DNA of 64,000 nt from a virus. The DNA is taken from IMG/VR virus record IMGVR_UViG_3300032326_001134, positions 1 to 64,000 of that record; one strand, written 5' to 3'. Of this stretch, positions 1 through 10,203 are shown one piece after another. Position numbers and translations under genes: made by a program. Within the stretch, counting starts at the first letter, position 1, and every line of letters starts with the position of its first letter. The notes below the pieces were generated by a model. It was not told the origin of the DNA, made no database searches, and was given only the letters and a program-made list of their open reading frames with translations.

Positions 1-180
1 CCTCCTGCTGAAGAACCACCAGCAGAGGAGCCACCTGCTGAAGAACCTCCTGCTGAAGAACCTCCTGCTGAAGAACCTCCTGCTGAAGAACCTCCTGCTG
101 AAGAACCTCCTGCTGAAGAACCACCAGCAGAGGAGCCACCTGCTGAAGAACCTCCTGCTGAAGAACCTCCTGCAGAAGAA
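1..180 (+). repeat. Coding tandem repeat, 12 x 15 bp encoding (PPAEE)12, continuing off the window edge
   Basis: Units of cctcctgctgaagaa / ccaccagcagaggag read directly. Confidence 0.95.
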
Positions 181-780
181 GAAGAAGCACCATTAACTGT
201 AGAAGAAATTATTTCAGTTATAGAAGATTTAATTGACGGTGGCAATTTAACAGCCGAAGATGCTGAAGCTGTACTAGATGCATTAATGTCTGACGGAGAA
301 ATAACATCTTCTGAAGTAAATAATCTTTCAGAGGCATTAACAGAAGACGGTACTTTCACCCTTGCAGAAAAAGAATTAGTTGCAGATGCACTTATTGAAT
401 CATCAAACGGAGAAGCAATTACTGCGTCAAGCATAGAAGCGGCAGGTCTAGAATACCGTGATCTTCCACCTACAATTCCAGTAGAGGTTAGAGAAGACGC
501 AAATGGAAATCCAGTTGTTATTACAGCAGAAGTTGCATCAGCATTACTAGCATTAGAGTCTCCAGCTGCTTTAGTGGGAGCAATTTCAGGATGCTTTAAT
601 CCAGAAGAGGCTATTGAAGGCTTAACTGAAGAACAGAAATGTGAATTAGGCAAAGCATTGGCAAATATTGGAGCTGATATGTCTCCACAAGAAAGACAAA
701 AAGCTAAAGAAGTTTTGGTAGCAGCAATTCTAGTTGGCCAAGTAATCCTTGGTAGCACAATAATGAGAATAAGGGGGTAA
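1..780 (+). CDS. 5'-truncated large acidic protein with PPAEE repeat linker and hydrophobic C-terminus (possible membrane or virion-associated protein)
   Basis: Frame 1 is open from base 1 to TAA at 778-780; the 286..780 ORF is its C-terminal part; ends VLVAAILVGQVILGSTIMRIRG. Confidence 0.75.
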   Translation, partial: PPAEEPPAEEPPAEEPPAEEPPAEEPPAEEPPAEEPPAEEPPAEEPPAEEPPAEEPPAEEEEAPLTVEEIISVIEDLIDGGNLTAEDAEAVLDALMSDGEITSSEVNNLSEALTEDGTFTLAEKELVADALIESSNGEAITASSIEAAGLEYRDLPPTIPVEVREDANGNPVVITAEVASALLALESPAALVGAISGCFNPEEAIEGLTEEQKCELGKALANIGADMSPQERQKAKEVLVAAILVGQVILGSTIMRIRG

Positions 781-782
781 AT

Positions 783-971
783 ATGAACTGGTTGAAAAAA
801 AGAGTTATAGCTATTCTTAGCGAAAATTTTACTTTTCTAGGATTTTTCGTAGCCTGGGTTGTCCTTGAGGGCAGCGCTAAAACAGTGGTCGGATACGTAA
901 CTTTGGCCTCAGTAGCCATATGGTTTATGACCATAGGGATCAGAGAAAAGGCTGAAAAAGAAGAAGAATAG
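783..971 (+). CDS. Small two-TM membrane protein
   Basis: Two hydrophobic stretches and a charged tail; starts 3 nt after the upstream stop. Confidence 0.7.
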   Translation: MNWLKKRVIAILSENFTFLGFFVAWVVLEGSAKTVVGYVTLASVAIWFMTIGIREKAEKEEE

Positions 972-1004
972 CCATTGTATAAATATCTTTGATATAATAG
1001 TCAT

Positions 1005-1220
1005 ATGAAGAAATTAATTGCTATTGCTTTATCTGGACTACTAATGGTATTATTGAGTTCATGTGGGTATAGCGGACATTACAGATATCCATGCCAAGAT
1101 CCAGAAAACTGGGAAAAAGCAGAATGTAATCCACCAGTTTGTGAAGCCTCACAGACTTGTACAAAAGATGTAATAAAAAATACATCTACGACACCAGAAC
1201 AGGAAATAACAAATGGCTAG
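1005..1220 (+). CDS. Small lipoprotein in the lysis cassette
   Basis: Signal peptide with lipobox LSSC; Cys-rich mature part; TGATATAAT extended -10 at ~990. Confidence 0.7.
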   Translation: MKKLIAIALSGLLMVLLSSCGYSGHYRYPCQDPENWEKAECNPPVCEASQTCTKDVIKNTSTTPEQEITNG

Positions 1221-1623
1221 ACAAAGATTAACACCTGCAGACTTAGATGCTCGTTTAAAATTTATACTTGGAATGATTCTAGGACTAATTCTTTTCTTTA
1301 CAGCAATTGGAATTATTTACGGACTATTGTTTGTAACACAACCAATCGGAGCTCAGTCAGAAAATGATAAAATGTTTTTTAATGTTTTAGGTAGCATTGC
1401 AACATTTATTACAGGAACACTTGCAGGAATTCTTATTGGAAATTCAGGCGCTAAAGATATTATGGCAGCACAACTTGAAAATAAAGAAATGGATGCCAAG
1501 AACACACAGGCGGATAAAAAGCTAGAAGCAGAAATTGACGCAACTGCAGCACGTCTAGCAGCAAAGCCAGACGGAGATATGCCAGCAGAGCAACCAGTTG
1601 ATACAGATTGGGATAAAGAATAA
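1213..1623 (+). CDS. Two-TM membrane protein, holin-like
   Basis: Two TM segments; overlaps the lipoprotein gene and abuts the endolysin. Confidence 0.55.
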   Translation: MARQRLTPADLDARLKFILGMILGLILFFTAIGIIYGLLFVTQPIGAQSENDKMFFNVLGSIATFITGTLAGILIGNSGAKDIMAAQLENKEMDAKNTQADKKLEAEIDATAARLAAKPDGDMPAEQPVDTDWDKE

Positions 1624-2207
1624 TGGCAGAACAAGGCACAGCAGCACGTTTAATTGAAGTTGCTACAGCAGAGATTGGCGTAATTGAGGGTCCAAAAGAC
1701 AACGAAACAAAATATGGAGCTTACACAAAAGCTAACTTTCAGCCATGGTGCGGAAGCTTTGTAAACTGGTGCGCTAATGAAGCAGGAGTAAAAGTTCCTA
1801 ACACAGTTTACACACCTAGCGGTGCAGCAGCATTTAAAAAGAAAGGCGCATGGATTGACGGAGACGTTGCAGATCCAGAGCCAGGAGATATCGCCTATTT
1901 TGACTTCCCTTCAGATGGTGTTGATAGAATTTCTCACGTAGGAATTGTTGTAAAAGATAACGAAGATGGAACAGTCTGGTGTATTGAAGGAAACACATCT
2001 TCAAAAAAAGCTGGAAGTCAAAGAAATGGCGGAGAGGTTTGCAAACAGCTTCGTGCTTACAAAAAGAATAAAGCTGGCGTAATGATTTCTATTGTAGGTT
2101 TTGGAAGACCTAAGTTTGGTGGATCCGTAAAAGCAAAAGCAGAAACTCCTGCTAAAGCAAAAAAGCCAAAAACATGTTCATCATGTGGACAGGCAATTAA
2201 AGAGTAA
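1623..2207 (+). CDS. CHAP-domain endolysin / peptidoglycan amidase
   Basis: PWCGSFV (catalytic Cys), SHVGIV (His) and IEGNT motifs. Confidence 0.88.
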   Translation: MAEQGTAARLIEVATAEIGVIEGPKDNETKYGAYTKANFQPWCGSFVNWCANEAGVKVPNTVYTPSGAAAFKKKGAWIDGDVADPEPGDIAYFDFPSDGVDRISHVGIVVKDNEDGTVWCIEGNTSSKKAGSQRNGGEVCKQLRAYKKNKAGVMISIVGFGRPKFGGSVKAKAETPAKAKKPKTCSSCGQAIKE

Positions 2208-2209
2208 AA

Positions 2210-2434
2210 ATGGATAGTTTAGATAATCTCTCAGACGAAGAAATTTCAAAATCCTACGACTCAGAAAATGAGGAAGAGGATAAATGGGACAATGTAGAAA
2301 AAGCTTGCTGGGCTGGATACAAGCAGGTAGGAATGAAAGACAAAAACGGAAGAAGAGTTCCTAATTGCGTTCCAGTAAAAAAATCTTTGTTTGGCACAGA
2401 TGGACCTCAAACATTAATTCCTAAAAATAAGTAA
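2210..2434 (+). CDS. Small phage protein with CWxGYxxxGMK..G..VPNCVP motif
   Basis: Motif recalled from other phage proteins; clean ORF. Confidence 0.65.
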   Translation: MDSLDNLSDEEISKSYDSENEEEDKWDNVEKACWAGYKQVGMKDKNGRRVPNCVPVKKSLFGTDGPQTLIPKNK

Positions 2435-2510
2435 TAAAAACAGTTGACAATCTATTTTTAATTACGGTATAATTATACAGTAAACCTTAACACCAACAGA
2501 TTAGGTAAAA

Positions 2511-3242
2511 TTGGAACCAAGATATTTTAATGAGATAGAAGACATTAGCCCGTCTTACTATTCTTGGTTTTCAAACAAAGTTGAACCACTATTTGATTAT
2601 CATAATCCATGGGAAGAAACTGAAGAGATTAATTATAAATTAAATAATGTTGGATTAAGATGCGACGATTTCTCACCAGAACATAACTCAAAAAATAATA
2701 TTGTTTTTGCAGGATGTGAGGTTACAATACCAATAGATGTAAAATATGAAGATGGATGGGCTTATAGAGTTCATAATGAATTTTATAAAGATAGGTCTAG
2801 GTTTGTAAATATATCTTACCCAGGTGCCGACTCAAATAGAATAATACATAATGTTTTAAAATATATTAATTCATATGGAAAGCCATCAAAGCTATTCATA
2901 CTTATGCCAGAAATGATCAGAGCGTATGGATGGTGGCCAGAAGCAAAAGGATTTAAGCCAAAAATGTATAGAAAAGAATATGGCGACGTAGAGCACAACT
3001 TAATGGCCTATCCACACGAAGTTTCTCCTAAACTATTAGCATTAAAATATATACAATCAATATTTGTTATAGAGCAATATTGTAAAGATACTGGTATCGA
3101 TTTGTGTTGGACCTCATGGAATTCTAGAACAAATAACTTTTTAAAAAAATATAACTTTGATGGATTTTTTTATATGCCTGGAAGTATGGATCAAGAAACT
3201 ATTTTTAATTATTTCAAAAAGGAGATAGAAAAAAATGACTAA
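2511..3242 (+). CDS. Hypothetical protein, SGNH-like; paralogue of 9162..10121
   Basis: Shared RCDDF..H....IVF.GC motif and YGKP; TTGACA..TATAAT promoter at ~2444-2473. Confidence 0.6.
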   Translation: MEPRYFNEIEDISPSYYSWFSNKVEPLFDYHNPWEETEEINYKLNNVGLRCDDFSPEHNSKNNIVFAGCEVTIPIDVKYEDGWAYRVHNEFYKDRSRFVNISYPGADSNRIIHNVLKYINSYGKPSKLFILMPEMIRAYGWWPEAKGFKPKMYRKEYGDVEHNLMAYPHEVSPKLLALKYIQSIFVIEQYCKDTGIDLCWTSWNSRTNNFLKKYNFDGFFYMPGSMDQETIFNYFKKEIEKND

Positions 3243-3936
3243 TGAAATATGGGCACACTATCAAAAATATTTTGATAGAATAGGAAATTCAATAGACAAT
3301 ATTATTCATGTAAATAATTTTATGACACAAAACGAAATTAATGTTGTAATGGAATACATAAATAAATATAAGGACGATCCAGAGTTTTCTGGTGGAAAAA
3401 CAATTACACTACAAAAAATAAACGAAGAAAATTCTGAATTGTTTGAAATAATTTTAAAGTATGCTGACAGAGTTTACCTTTTAATAGAAGAAAATTATTG
3501 TAAAAAATATAATATTAAAGTAAAAAGATGGCCGTGGAATCCGTTTCATATTGTTAAATGGCAACCAGAAATGGCAAGCGCATTGCATTCTGATTGTCAG
3601 TATCCAGACGGATCTCCACTTATGAAATCAAATTATTTTAAATTAAATATTACTGCTTTAATTTATCCAAATGATAATTATAAAGGCGGAGAGATAGGAT
3701 GGCCAGACTATAATCTAGAAATAAAACCAAAAGCGGGGGACCTGGTTTTGTTCCCAGCAAACAATTCTTATTTGCATTATGTTAATAATGTAGAATCAGG
3801 ATTAAGATTTACATTGCCAACTTGGTATACTTTTGATATTGGAATAGATGTTCCAAACGCAGACTACAACCCAGAAGCTTCTAAAAATTTATGGGTTAAT
3901 GAAGGAGAGGATGCCTCACACTTGAGGCAGTACTAA
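3235..3936 (+). CDS. 2OG-Fe(II) oxygenase, prolyl-4-hydroxylase-like
   Basis: HSD...YPNDNYKGGE...HYV...G.R. Confidence 0.85.
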   Translation: MTNEIWAHYQKYFDRIGNSIDNIIHVNNFMTQNEINVVMEYINKYKDDPEFSGGKTITLQKINEENSELFEIILKYADRVYLLIEENYCKKYNIKVKRWPWNPFHIVKWQPEMASALHSDCQYPDGSPLMKSNYFKLNITALIYPNDNYKGGEIGWPDYNLEIKPKAGDLVLFPANNSYLHYVNNVESGLRFTLPTWYTFDIGIDVPNADYNPEASKNLWVNEGEDASHLRQY

Positions 3937-4517
3937 TGAACCCAGACATAGAAAATAAAATTTTAGATAACATTTTTACACAAGAACAAATAGATAAAAT
4001 CTATAATGCTGTTAACAATTGCCCAAAAGAGAAAATCAAGAATGACAATCCCTGGGGGCAAACTGTATTTTATATAAAAGAGCTTAACTCAAGATTTGAC
4101 GGATGGCCAGATATATTTGATAGAATAGAAGATGTAGTTGAAAAAGAATACGGCAGAAGGATACCTGTATTGGCTATACAGTTTGCTAGATACGACACCT
4201 CTTCTCATATTATGCCAAACTTAGATTTCCATATAGATTCGGTATTTAAAAAACCAATGCTCACATTTGATATACAAATGAAATCAACTATTGATTGGCC
4301 AATAATAGTTAGCAACAAAGAGTATTCTTTAAAAGATAATCAAGCGCTAACTTTTTCTGGAACACATCAGGTTCATTCAAGAAAAAAGGTATCTTTTCAA
4401 AAAGATGATGTTTGTGATATGATATTTTGCCATTTAGAGCATGACTATTTAGAGGATATAAGTACTGATTTTAGAAAATCAATAATGAATTTAGTTAAAG
4501 AGACAAGCAGAAAATAA
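3936..4517 (+). CDS. 2OG-Fe(II) oxygenase-like; paralogue of 10204..10791
   Basis: HID...WPI...HSR. Confidence 0.7.
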   Translation: MNPDIENKILDNIFTQEQIDKIYNAVNNCPKEKIKNDNPWGQTVFYIKELNSRFDGWPDIFDRIEDVVEKEYGRRIPVLAIQFARYDTSSHIMPNLDFHIDSVFKKPMLTFDIQMKSTIDWPIIVSNKEYSLKDNQALTFSGTHQVHSRKKVSFQKDDVCDMIFCHLEHDYLEDISTDFRKSIMNLVKETSRK

Positions 4518-4750
4518 TGCTATATTTAAATACTATTGGGGCCGAAATATTTATTAAAAAATATAAAAATCCTATACGTGATTCTTTTTGGAATAATTAC
4601 GATTTGGTTCTATGGGAAAAAAATAGCTCTGGGTATTTTAATAGAGACGGAATGTACCATTTAAATTCATGGGGAATTCATGAATCATATGGAATTTCTG
4701 ATAAGGGTTTATGGAGGTTGCCAAAAAAATATGTCAAGCATCTTAAATAG
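4517..4750 (+). CDS. Hypothetical phage protein
   Basis: Translationally coupled ORF (TAATG). Confidence 0.65.
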   Translation: MLYLNTIGAEIFIKKYKNPIRDSFWNNYDLVLWEKNSSGYFNRDGMYHLNSWGIHESYGISDKGLWRLPKKYVKHLK

Positions 4751-5042
4751 TTTAGGCGTTGATGAAGATGATTTTGACTGGTGGCATCTTGCTATCTGTC
4801 GTGGAATGAATACAAATTTATTTTACGAAAAGTATGAAATTGATGAAAAAATAGCTCAAAATATAGACGAGGCATGCTTATCCTGCCCAGTGATACAAAT
4901 GTGTTACCAGTCTGGTGTAAAAAACAATGAGCACGGAGTTTGGGGTGGAGTCTATTTAAATTCTGGATCAATAGATAAACCTAGGAATGTACACAAAACT
5001 AAAGATGTTTGGAAAAGGTTGAAGTCAAAAAATGTATATTGA
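4731..5042 (+). CDS. whiB: WhiB-family Fe-S transcription factor
   Basis: W...A.C, CxxCPV...C and GVWGG signature; likely start MSSILN at 4731. Confidence 0.9.
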   Translation: MSSILNSLGVDEDDFDWWHLAICRGMNTNLFYEKYEIDEKIAQNIDEACLSCPVIQMCYQSGVKNNEHGVWGGVYLNSGSIDKPRNVHKTKDVWKRLKSKNVY

Positions 5043-5352
5043 TAAATCTAAGGATCATTTTAAATACGGAATTAATCAATGGACTGGTGACCCCAACAAG
5101 CCAGTTTTTTATACACAAGAAATGGCAAAAGCAATAAGAGGAATTCAAAAGCCAGCAAACAACTTACAGATGGACGTAGTTCAATACCCAGAATTTTTAG
5201 CATTAAGATTGTATGAAGATAATTTTATACAGTTTGAAGGAATTAAAAAAGAAATGGTAATTGATTATGTGGCAAAAATAAAAAAGCTAATAGAGTCATA
5301 TGGAGTAAGATGCGAACTAGAAGGGGTTCCAAGTGAAAGAGTATTACGATAG
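5032..5352 (+). CDS. Hypothetical phage protein
   Basis: ORF overlaps neighbours in an operon. Confidence 0.65.
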   Translation: MYIDKSKDHFKYGINQWTGDPNKPVFYTQEMAKAIRGIQKPANNLQMDVVQYPEFLALRLYEDNFIQFEGIKKEMVIDYVAKIKKLIESYGVRCELEGVPSERVLR

Positions 5353-5536
5353 AGTCTTAATAGTTTTTATTCACGATCTGGGAACTTATGGATCAACAGA
5401 AAAGCTTGGGGCATTTGCGTCTATGGTAAAATATACCAAAAATGAAATTGAGTATGAAGAAATGATAGACAATTCTGAGTTTTCAATTATGGATGAGATA
5501 GTCTTTACACACGAAGAGGAGGAAACAAATGGATAA
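5333..5536 (+). CDS. Hypothetical phage protein
   Basis: Operonic ORF. Confidence 0.6.
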   Translation: MKEYYDRVLIVFIHDLGTYGSTEKLGAFASMVKYTKNEIEYEEMIDNSEFSIMDEIVFTHEEEETNG

Positions 5537-5765
5537 GGTATTGTGTTATTCATGCAATAAAACAAAAAATAAATTAAGCCTAAAGAAATCGGCGCTTTTA
5601 CCAATTAATTTATTGATGTGCGAAAGTTGTACTGTCTCAAAATTTGAGCCAAGATGGCTAATTATACTTGCTGGCAGGCAGCAAGGGTCAGAATTAGTAA
5701 GAGATTTTGTTTTAAAGAAAAGATATATTGGTGTAGAAATCACCGCTTCTGAGTTATTAATTTAA
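5529..5765 (+). CDS. Small zinc-finger protein
   Basis: CYSC and CESC pairs. Confidence 0.65.
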   Translation: MDKVLCYSCNKTKNKLSLKKSALLPINLLMCESCTVSKFEPRWLIILAGRQQGSELVRDFVLKKRYIGVEITASELLI

Positions 5766-5794
5766 TATAAATACTAAGGTATAATTAATGTATA

Positions 5795-6097
5795 ATGAAT
5801 CTGGATCTCACAACTATAATTATTGCCATATTTGCTGCGGTATTGTCTGGCATGGGGACGGCAATTGTTGCTGGTCTGAACGAGAGCAAGAGAGAGAAAA
5901 ATAGACAAAAAGAGCGTGAGCAAGACTTATTAAAAATAGACCTTAAAGATTTAAAAATTGAATTATATCAATTAGAAAAAGAATTAATACAGTGGAAAGA
6001 CAAATATTACACAACAATTGAAGAATTAATTTTAATTAAGTCTGAGCTTGAAAATGCTCTTAGAGAGCTAAATGGCTTTGATTTTGGTGACAAATAA
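5795..6097 (+). CDS. Membrane-anchored coiled-coil protein
   Basis: N-terminal TM, heptad-rich C-terminus. Confidence 0.65.
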   Translation: MNLDLTTIIIAIFAAVLSGMGTAIVAGLNESKREKNRQKEREQDLLKIDLKDLKIELYQLEKELIQWKDKYYTTIEELILIKSELENALRELNGFDFGDK

Positions 6098-6134
6098 GTT
6101 TGCACATATAATTTAAAAATAGTATACTTGTTTT

Positions 6135-6701
6135 ATGACCTGTGTAGTAGCCCTTATTCATGAAAATAAAGTACTCCTTGGCGGAGATGCTGCTGCTTCT
6201 GATGATAAAAGCGGATTAATATTTCAAAGAACTGATCCAAAAGTATTTAAGGTCGGACAGTTTGGTATAGCATTTGTAGATAGCTTTAGAATGGGACAGA
6301 TACTACAGTACAACTGGACGCCTCCAGTCTATAAGCCAACTACAGGATACAGAAATTTAGATAAGTTTATTAGAACAAAGTTTATTGAATCAATTAAAGA
6401 TGCCTTTAAAGAACAAGGTTACGGAAGTTTTGGATCTGGAACAGATGATGGTGATGCTGGTGGAATATTTTTAATAGCTGTCCAGGGAGCTGGAAGAATT
6501 TTTACAATGGATTCAGACTTTCATATAGGTGAAGCAGATGTTCAATATATGGCTGAAGGTGCTGGACAAGAGTTGGCTTTAGGCTCTCTATTTTCCACAA
6601 CGGCAATTAAAACGCCTAGGAGACGTGTTAGGATGGCTCTAGATGCAGCAGCAAAATTTAATATGTCAGTAAGGCCACCATTTACAATAATAGAAATTTA
6701 G
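6135..6701 (+). CDS. Ntn-hydrolase, HslV/proteasome-beta-like protease
   Basis: N-terminal MTCVVA (Thr1 nucleophile), GGD, PKVF, GAGQELALG. Confidence 0.8.
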   Translation: MTCVVALIHENKVLLGGDAAASDDKSGLIFQRTDPKVFKVGQFGIAFVDSFRMGQILQYNWTPPVYKPTTGYRNLDKFIRTKFIESIKDAFKEQGYGSFGSGTDDGDAGGIFLIAVQGAGRIFTMDSDFHIGEADVQYMAEGAGQELALGSLFSTTAIKTPRRRVRMALDAAAKFNMSVRPPFTIIEI

Positions 6702-6716
6702 AGTATAATAAACTTT

Positions 6717-6926
6717 ATGGACATAAACAACTTAAGGCCAGAAAATTATGATATGGCTATGGACATACGTGGCACACCAACCCATGTTTGTCCCTGTGGA
6801 TGTTTTGTATGGAACCTTAAAGTTGTCTTTGAAGATTTTGATATATCTACATACTTTTTAGATATGGAATGTGCAAATTGCGGGACCATAGCAACCGCCC
6901 CTACATTAGAAGACAGGACAGAATGA
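6717..6926 (+). CDS. Small zinc-ribbon protein
   Basis: CPCGC and CANC. Confidence 0.65.
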   Translation: MDINNLRPENYDMAMDIRGTPTHVCPCGCFVWNLKVVFEDFDISTYFLDMECANCGTIATAPTLEDRTE

Positions 6927-7093
6927 GAAAATCAGAAAGACTTAGATTGCTGGAGATGCAAGTAATCAAACTTGAATTTGAATTAGATTTAGTTAACAAC
7001 ATGCTTGCAACTATTTTAGAGGCTAATAACCTAGCACAGCCAGAATTAGACGCTGGAAAATGGTACCAAAGAAGGCTAGATAGAAACTCTTGA
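6923..7093 (+). CDS. Hypothetical protein
   Basis: ATGA overlap with the upstream stop; start MRKSERL. Confidence 0.55.
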   Translation: MRKSERLRLLEMQVIKLEFELDLVNNMLATILEANNLAQPELDAGKWYQRRLDRNS

Positions 7094-7125
7094 CATGTTG
7101 CCTACTAATTTAGTAGAATGTCATT

Positions 7126-8277
7126 ATGAATAAAAAACTAATAAGTGCAATTTCAGCGGTAGCCCTAACGCTATCCATCACTACTATTACCGCAGAGGCT
7201 AAGGCGGACACACAAGCCCCAACGGTAGCTGTATTAGATACAGCAATTAATTCTTCTTTGCCAATTTTTAAAGATAAGATTGCATATGAAGTTTGTATTT
7301 TGGAATGGGCCTCATGTCCAAATGGTCAAAAGTTTATGGAGGGTCCAGGATCGGCAAATCTTCCATTATCAATTTTAAATAATGGTCAAGGATTTGATCA
7401 CGGAACACAGATGGCCTCAGTTGCAGTAAATACTAATCCAAATATTAAAATTGTATTTGTGAGAATTATTGGAAATACTCCGACAGGATCAAGACAGACA
7501 ACTGGCGATGCTGGTATTGCTCTAGCATTAAAATGGGTTCTAGATAATAAATCTAAATTTAATATTCAAAGTGTTGCCATGTCTCAGGCAAATCACGGAA
7601 TTGTTACTACGCAAACAGAGTATTGCCCAGTAACAGCTCCAGTTCGTGGTATGATTTCTTCAATGGTTGCTTCCAATTTACCAGTATTTTTTCCTGCTGG
7701 CAATTCAAGAGACTATTCAAGATTGTCATGGCCAGCATGTATTAACGAATCAATTTCAGTTGGCATGGCAGATCAATATGATGAAATTGACAACATGTCA
7801 AACTACGATAAAAATAGATTAGATTTTTATGCTACTGGAAATATGCGAGTGTCATCAGCAGACGGATCTATTAGAAATGGTGCGGGATCTTCAATTTCTG
7901 CTCAAGTTGCTAGTGCAACATGGGCTGGACTTAAGTTTAAAAACCCTAACCTAACCTACCAGCAGACTCTTGATATTTTAAACAATACCTCAAAATTAAT
8001 TAAGGGTGCAAGAGGACAATCTGGAAAACTTATAGATAGGTCTATATCTATAAGTTACAATCCATCGTCGTACAACCCATCTCCAGTAGTTGTTCCAGCA
8101 ACACCTACAACACCTGTAAAAACCCCAGCGCAGATTGCTGCAGAAAAAGCTTTAATTCTTCAACAGGCAAATACAGCAATTGCTGCTGCTGAGGCTCAAT
8201 ATCAAATAGAATTAAAGGCTGCTGCAGACAAGTTGGCTGCAGTTAAATTAGAATGGAATAAAAAACTAAATGGCTAA
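7126..8277 (+). CDS. Secreted subtilisin-like (S8) serine protease with Ala-rich coiled-coil tail
   Basis: Signal peptide; VAVLDT (Asp), HGTQMA (His), AGN oxyanion motif, GSSISA (Ser); TTGACA..TAGAAT promoter upstream. Confidence 0.85.
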   Translation: MNKKLISAISAVALTLSITTITAEAKADTQAPTVAVLDTAINSSLPIFKDKIAYEVCILEWASCPNGQKFMEGPGSANLPLSILNNGQGFDHGTQMASVAVNTNPNIKIVFVRIIGNTPTGSRQTTGDAGIALALKWVLDNKSKFNIQSVAMSQANHGIVTTQTEYCPVTAPVRGMISSMVASNLPVFFPAGNSRDYSRLSWPACINESISVGMADQYDEIDNMSNYDKNRLDFYATGNMRVSSADGSIRNGAGSSISAQVASATWAGLKFKNPNLTYQQTLDILNNTSKLIKGARGQSGKLIDRSISISYNPSSYNPSPVVVPATPTTPVKTPAQIAAEKALILQQANTAIAAAEAQYQIELKAAADKLAAVKLEWNKKLNG

Positions 8278-8476
8278 CATGACAGTGTTAGAAGAAATTA
8301 TTAAAGAGATTGGCGAGGAGTTGTACCAGAAATGGTACAACGGCCTCGCCATAGAAGATAGAACGGAAGAATCTTCTAAGGCAATGGCTAATAATGCTGG
8401 AGAAACCGCAGTTTGGGTAATCCAAACATTTATGAATAAGTTTAACGCTGCTGCAGAGGAGCTTAAGGATAAATAG
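8270..8476 (+). CDS. Hypothetical protein
   Basis: Coupled ORF. Confidence 0.6.
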   Translation: MANMTVLEEIIKEIGEELYQKWYNGLAIEDRTEESSKAMANNAGETAVWVIQTFMNKFNAAAEELKDK

Positions 8477-9175
8477 TTGTCAAAAAAACCAGTAAGGCAA
8501 TTTAATCAAGGTGAAATATTAAATATTAATTCTGATGAAATTGAGTGTGCACACCTAATTGATCAATCTCAATTAGGTGCTTCACATATCTTCTCAAGCA
8601 GAGAAGAGTATATAAAAACATTGCCATTAAATTGTGATTATATGGAGCTTGGAGTTGCTTGGGGCTACTACTCAGAAATTGTTGCTAAATTAAAAAATCC
8701 ATCTTCAATAGATTTAGTAGACTGGTACAACCAAGATCTAAAATGTTGGTCTTGGAGAAAATTTGGATCATGTCAATGTGAGCCAAAACATGAGCTGTTA
8801 TATACACCTGAAACACATGAGCAATATATCACTAATAAATTTAGTATATATAATAATGTTAATGTGATAAAAGGGAGTGTGCCTCAAATACTTGATAGCA
8901 TAGATAAAAAATACGATTATATATATGTAGACATTTCAAACGAAAGAAAAGTTATTAGAGAAACCTTAAATAAAATAAAAAATATGGTTAAACCAGGTGG
9001 GGTTATTGGTCTAAATGATTACCTGATATATGATGGTATAATTGAGGATGCCCCATACGGAACGTACCAGTCGGTAAATGAATTCTTACTTTTTAATAAA
9101 AATTGGAGTGTTGATGGAATCGCATTACATCCTTTAGGATTTTATGACATATATTTAAGGAGTGCAATTGAGTAA
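8477..9175 (+). CDS. Class I SAM-dependent methyltransferase; paralogue of 30231..30845
   Basis: MELGVAWG, YDYIYVD, KPGGVIGLND. Confidence 0.8.
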   Translation: MSKKPVRQFNQGEILNINSDEIECAHLIDQSQLGASHIFSSREEYIKTLPLNCDYMELGVAWGYYSEIVAKLKNPSSIDLVDWYNQDLKCWSWRKFGSCQCEPKHELLYTPETHEQYITNKFSIYNNVNVIKGSVPQILDSIDKKYDYIYVDISNERKVIRETLNKIKNMVKPGGVIGLNDYLIYDGIIEDAPYGTYQSVNEFLLFNKNWSVDGIALHPLGFYDIYLRSAIE

Positions 9176-10121
9176 CGATGTTGATGATTTTGAAATAACT
9201 AAAGATACAATTTTAAGAAGCTCAGGTGTCGTTGATGTTTTTTCAAATAAATTTGATATTACATTTTTTAATGAATTCCCACCAGGACAAGAGCCTCCAA
9301 GAAAGTTCAGTCAACTTCCATTTAATCACGAAGGTGGCATTGACGATGGGTCAGTATCCTACCAGTACAATTTAGATTTTTTTAGATGTGATGACTTTAC
9401 ATCTGTTCACAAAGAAAAATATCACATAGTTTTTGGCGGTTGCTCTGAAACTGAGGGTGTCGGTGGGAATTTAAATGAGTCTTGGGCACACAAGGTGTAC
9501 ACAGAATTAAAAGAAAAATATGATATAGGCGGATACTACTCGCTAGCAAGATCTGGTAACGGTTGGCATAAAATAGCTTTAAGTTTAATTAATTATGTAG
9601 AAAAGTATGGTAAGCCAACTCATTTTTTTGTAATGCTACCTAACGTTGGAAGAAATTTTTATTGGGATAAAGAGGATAAAACTTGGAGCTATCTTCAAAA
9701 GTATGTAAAAAGATCCTCACCTCGTAAATTTATTAAAGCAGACAACGCTAATAAAACACATAAGCCACATCCAGAAGAAAATATGTTTGATATAGATGAA
9801 TATAAAAGACAGTATATGGAATTTGCCATTGGTTGGAAAATGTTAATTTCGTATTGTAAATCAAATAATATTAAAATTTTATATTCAACTTGGAGTTATG
9901 AAGAAAATAGCAATTTTGAAAATTTTGATAATCAACATAAATTGTTTTTTACCCTTAATTATAATGATTGTATGAAGTTTATAGTGGAGAGATACCCAGA
10001 TCTTAATGTTGTAAAGAAAAAGTTAAAGAAGAGAGATGGACATCTTGGTGATATTGTTCATGAGTATTGGAAATCAGTCTTTATGTATGAAATAGAAAAA
10101 AGAGGACTTTTTAATGATTAA
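9162..10121 (+). CDS. Hypothetical SGNH-like protein
   Basis: GGCSETEGVG...SW and C-terminal DGH. Confidence 0.6.
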   Translation: MQLSNDVDDFEITKDTILRSSGVVDVFSNKFDITFFNEFPPGQEPPRKFSQLPFNHEGGIDDGSVSYQYNLDFFRCDDFTSVHKEKYHIVFGGCSETEGVGGNLNESWAHKVYTELKEKYDIGGYYSLARSGNGWHKIALSLINYVEKYGKPTHFFVMLPNVGRNFYWDKEDKTWSYLQKYVKRSSPRKFIKADNANKTHKPHPEENMFDIDEYKRQYMEFAIGWKMLISYCKSNNIKILYSTWSYEENSNFENFDNQHKLFFTLNYNDCMKFIVERYPDLNVVKKKLKKRDGHLGDIVHEYWKSVFMYEIEKRGLFND

Positions 10122-10203
10122 AAAAATTATATTTTTATACAGAAAAAGAAAAATTAAAAAAGAATTAAATAAAACAAAAAAGTTTATTTATTAAGGAGTT
10201 AAA

